From the NCBI GenBank assembly GCA_012295275.1, contig CM022668.1, positions 5,518,001 to 5,582,000 on the forward strand: a stretch of DNA of 64,000 bases. Direction: 5' to 3'. The notes beneath the pieces were generated by a model. That model was not told the origin of the DNA. It made no database searches and worked only from the letters and a program-made list of their open reading frames with translations. The stretch comes from Chrysomallon squamiferum (Eukaryota; Animalia; Mollusca). Below, piece by piece: positions 60,191 through 64,000 of the stretch; the first letter of the stretch is position 1, and every line of letters begins with the position of its first letter. The position numbers were made by a program, and so were the translations under genes.

Positions 60191-60740
60191 AGATGCAAAT
60201 AATAGTTACACCGATAGATAGATATAAGTATGTTTTAATATTATGATTGAGTTACGGAAAACAGCTCTGGACTGATTTCAGTATTCTATACCTGGTTTAT
60301 GTTTAACAAAGATTTTTTTTTTTGGATTTCTTTGCAAATGAACAAATGCACATTAATATTAATTTTCTATTTTGTAAACAAATTTAAATCATTTTGATAC
60401 TTTTATAATATTTTAATAGTTTATTCAAATCTGTCTATCAATTTATTTATATCTCTGTCTGTTTCTCTGTCTGTCTGAGTCTTTTTATATTAATTACTAA
60501 GTTACATGTTGTATCTGTTAAAGTCATGGCTCGTAAAGCCATAATTCTATTGTTTATTTATTTATATATGCGTAGATTGTTTACCCAAAATATCTTCTTA
60601 CTGCGTTGGATATATTTGAGTTGCTTAGTCCTAACAACGCGATAACATTCATGGGATGGGAACTGATCAACGAGAACTTGACTGTCTTTGGGATTAAAAT
60701 AAAAACTATTATAAAGAGGCAAATAAATAAAGCATAGAGT

Positions 60741-60858
<118 letters not shown>

Positions 60859-61122
60859 GTCATTAACACTGGATATGTAAACAAAAACATGTATTAAATA
60901 AAACAACAGAAATCGGAATAATCAGCCTAGTCGTGAAGCCGATTTGTCTCTCAAAGGCGAGGTTCGAGCAATGTCACCAAAATTACAATAAAGTAAACCT
61001 GAGAATGTCGAAAAGCCTGATTTGTTTTTACAGATAGTTCCTTTGATCATGACAGGATTGATGATTATAATGCCAGCGGTTCTTAACTACATTACTAACG
61101 TATTGTGTACCAATACTGTAGC

Positions 61123-61163
<41 letters not shown>

Positions 61164-61989
61164 ATTTTCTTCTATATACTAGCTATTGATAATTTTAATA
61201 ACGTAATAATCTTTACATCAAATAAAAATGCTTGAAACAGAAAATATAAAGCAAATATAAACACTAAAACACACACAAACACACGCTTTAGTAATTATAG
61301 TCAGTAAATAAACTACCAATGTATATAAATAAGTACATTTCTCTTTAACCATCCATTATACTCTTTTCACGGAAAAAAAAAAAAAAAAAAAAAAAAAAAA
61401 TAGCCGATGAGGAATTCTTAAAGTTAGTTTGTAAATTGTAGAATTAAAATATTTAGCTAAGATGAGTTTCGTGTAACAAAGTTTTAAAATGTGTCAGCCT
61501 GGTCTGGATTCTCTCGCTCTTTTCACTGACGTCTGCGGGAATCTAATATATGACGTCAGCAAGGAAAACTCGGGGTCTGAGGAACAACAAGCGACAAACG
61601 GGTTTTTGCACGGCCCAGTGATTCCTTTTGATAAACAGGGAGGTAACTGAAGAGGACCTTTAATTTTTGACCTTGCTTTGAAAACTGCGATAAGCGTTTG
61701 CCAGCGGCTTATGATAAAATACTTTTCTCACTTTTGATATTGTCATCATGCTGGGTAATGTGTGTCATTAACAGTGTATATCTTATATGTATATATATAT
61801 AACACATTTTTGATATTGTAACAAAACAGATTTCTAAATTAATAAACTTAAGCTATTAATCGATTAAGTATCTAGTTCATAAGTGTAGTATTATAATCAT
61901 TTTTACTTTATTAATCCCTGTCATAGTTGTTTAAACATGTCCTAGACAGTGGCAACAACAGTAACAGCAACAGCAGCAGCAGCAGCAAC

Positions 61990-62051
<62 letters not shown>

Positions 62052-63275
62052 AATAATAAACACAACGAAAACACAAACTATTATTGTTATAAAGTTTGCC
62101 AAATCTGATCTTCTATTGTTTGGATTGTTTTGTTTGTGCAACACATATTTTATTAGCAGCTGAATTAACATAAAACAAAACACCTGTTTTCACAGGACGA
62201 CTAAATTGTAAGGTGTATTTTTTTCTTCTTCCTTTATTATCATTTTGAAATTTGTACTAAACGAGGCGATTAAACCAAGTTTTTCCTCTCTACCCACTGT
62301 AACATTCGATATCCAGTATTAAATTAAACAAGATGTATTTCTCATGACGAAGTATTTTATCTGTGTCAGTCACGCGGTCCTGCTGAATCACGCGATCAGC
62401 TGACTGTTGTCGTTCTGCCAGAAGATGTAAATATTTGTTTATCAGTGTCAGGAGCGGACCTGAGTTGAATAATAGATGCGGTTCGCTAGTGTTTTGTAAA
62501 TATGTATACACCTGTGTTTATTATTTTTTCTAAAGTAATGATATATAACAGATAAAAATCGCATAGTGGTTTGACCGGAACTGAACAAACATCATTTTCT
62601 AACGTATGTTTCTATTTTACCTTGCGAAATTAAAAGATTTTTGGAAAGATAAAAAAAAAAAAAAAAAAAGTAAAAACAACAACTACTACTACTACTACTA
62701 TATAATTACTACTCAAATCCTCTACTATTACTACTACTACTACTACTAATACCTGTCATTATTACCAAACGTATAATACTACTACTTCTAATAATAGATA
62801 TGCTCAATACTTTTGCTATTTTATTTTTATTATATTTACATATTTAGTTATTTTCTTTGCTGCCTACCCTCTTTTGGCCTGTACCTGAATTAATTTTCTG
62901 AAACTCGTATGACTGCGCGTATTCAAAACCCGACTGAACAGGATGAAGCGTTTCGCCTCGGTAAACAGATATAATGTAAAGTGTTAAACTATACACAGGG
63001 GATCAACACTGGCGTGTCAGTGGGCATACAAGACGAAATTCCAACCTCTTTTTATATTTGATAGTTGTATTATGTTGTTTGTTTCTTTTTTTTTTTCTTA
63101 ACCAGATCCAGTACCATCCAGTTCGTCGTTCAGTTTCAGATAGGATTTACTGTTACAGTGTGTGTTTGTCTTAAAACAGGTTCATTTTTAAATGAGCATG
63201 TTATTCGTGGTAAATGATATCTAACAAAGACCCGATTCAAGATAGTTTATTATTCCCATTTTGAAAATAAATAAG

Positions 63276-63318
<43 letters not shown>

Positions 63319-63477
63319 AATAAATGGTGATGATGATGATAATAATTAAAATAATAGTAATAAATAAATAATAGTAATAGTATCTCTGACAGAACATAGA
63401 CGCTATTAACTGAACAAACTTGGGTGATTTCACTTTGTAAGTTCGAGCTTTTGTTTTCTGGGAATATGTCTTTGTAT

Positions 63478-63513
<36 letters not shown>

Positions 63514-63941
63514 TTTCCCTAGGAAGCTAGAGATCGAAATGACAAATATATATATATATAAGATAAAACAAAACAACAACAACTGAAAGTAACGGCAACA
63601 TCGGCTAAAACATTAAATAGACCTAACATAATATTCAGTTCACTTCTCTGTAAATTTATTGACAAAGGTTTAGATAAACAGAGTGCGAATCATAATTACA
63701 TATACTTATGTGTGTCATAATAATTAATATCAAGAAATCAGTTTAGTTACACTCATAGAAAAAAAAATGGCTCTGTAACACAGTTACACACACATCCACA
63801 CACACTGTGTATATTTTGTTTAGTCAATTAATAACATATGAACTAAAATATTTTGAATTAATTAGTTTAAAAACAACTTTTGTATGTGTGTGTTAATAAT
63901 AAGAAAGAAAGATTTCTAATATAGAGAGGGAAAAGTTATGA

Positions 63942-63985
<44 letters not shown>

Positions 63986-64000
63986 GTTATCTTTCTTTTC

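Noticed and set aside
60922-60972. AGCCTAGTCG...GGTTCGAG as a tRNA-derived sequence
   Set aside because: Both boxes are degenerate and there are no pairing stems.

Overview
AT-rich, microsatellite-dense animal genomic DNA; an invertebrate, plausibly a mollusc, is my inference from composition and gene family. One clear protein-coding gene is present: a minus-strand, two-coding-exon BTB/POZ-BACK-PHR gene (BTBD1/2/3/6 family) at 20985-22502, broken only by a 1-bp deletion in an A-homopolymer, with duplicated candidate 5'UTR exons and promoter cassettes upstream. The rest is mostly repeats and transposon debris. A DDE DNA transposon runs off the left edge, apparently nested in another decayed ORF. 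Two diverged, inverted copies of a decayed multi-exon gene lie at ~8.9-13.1 kb (-) and ~57.4-60.2 kb (+), the right one next to a clear MULE transposase remnant. Two small elements have intact target-site duplications (hAT-type and Tc1/mariner-type). A ~22-kb modular macrosatellite (31.4-53.2 kb) has unique blocks separated by microsatellites and flips orientation across a 1.5-kb triplet-built ACT-rich repeat. Most long ORFs in the track are microsatellite artefacts. I cannot demonstrate a new biological system here. The best candidates for follow-up are the macrosatellite, with its recurrent 114-nt AG...GT cassette, and the paired decayed MULE-associated gene. All alignments were done by eye and some boundaries are approximate.
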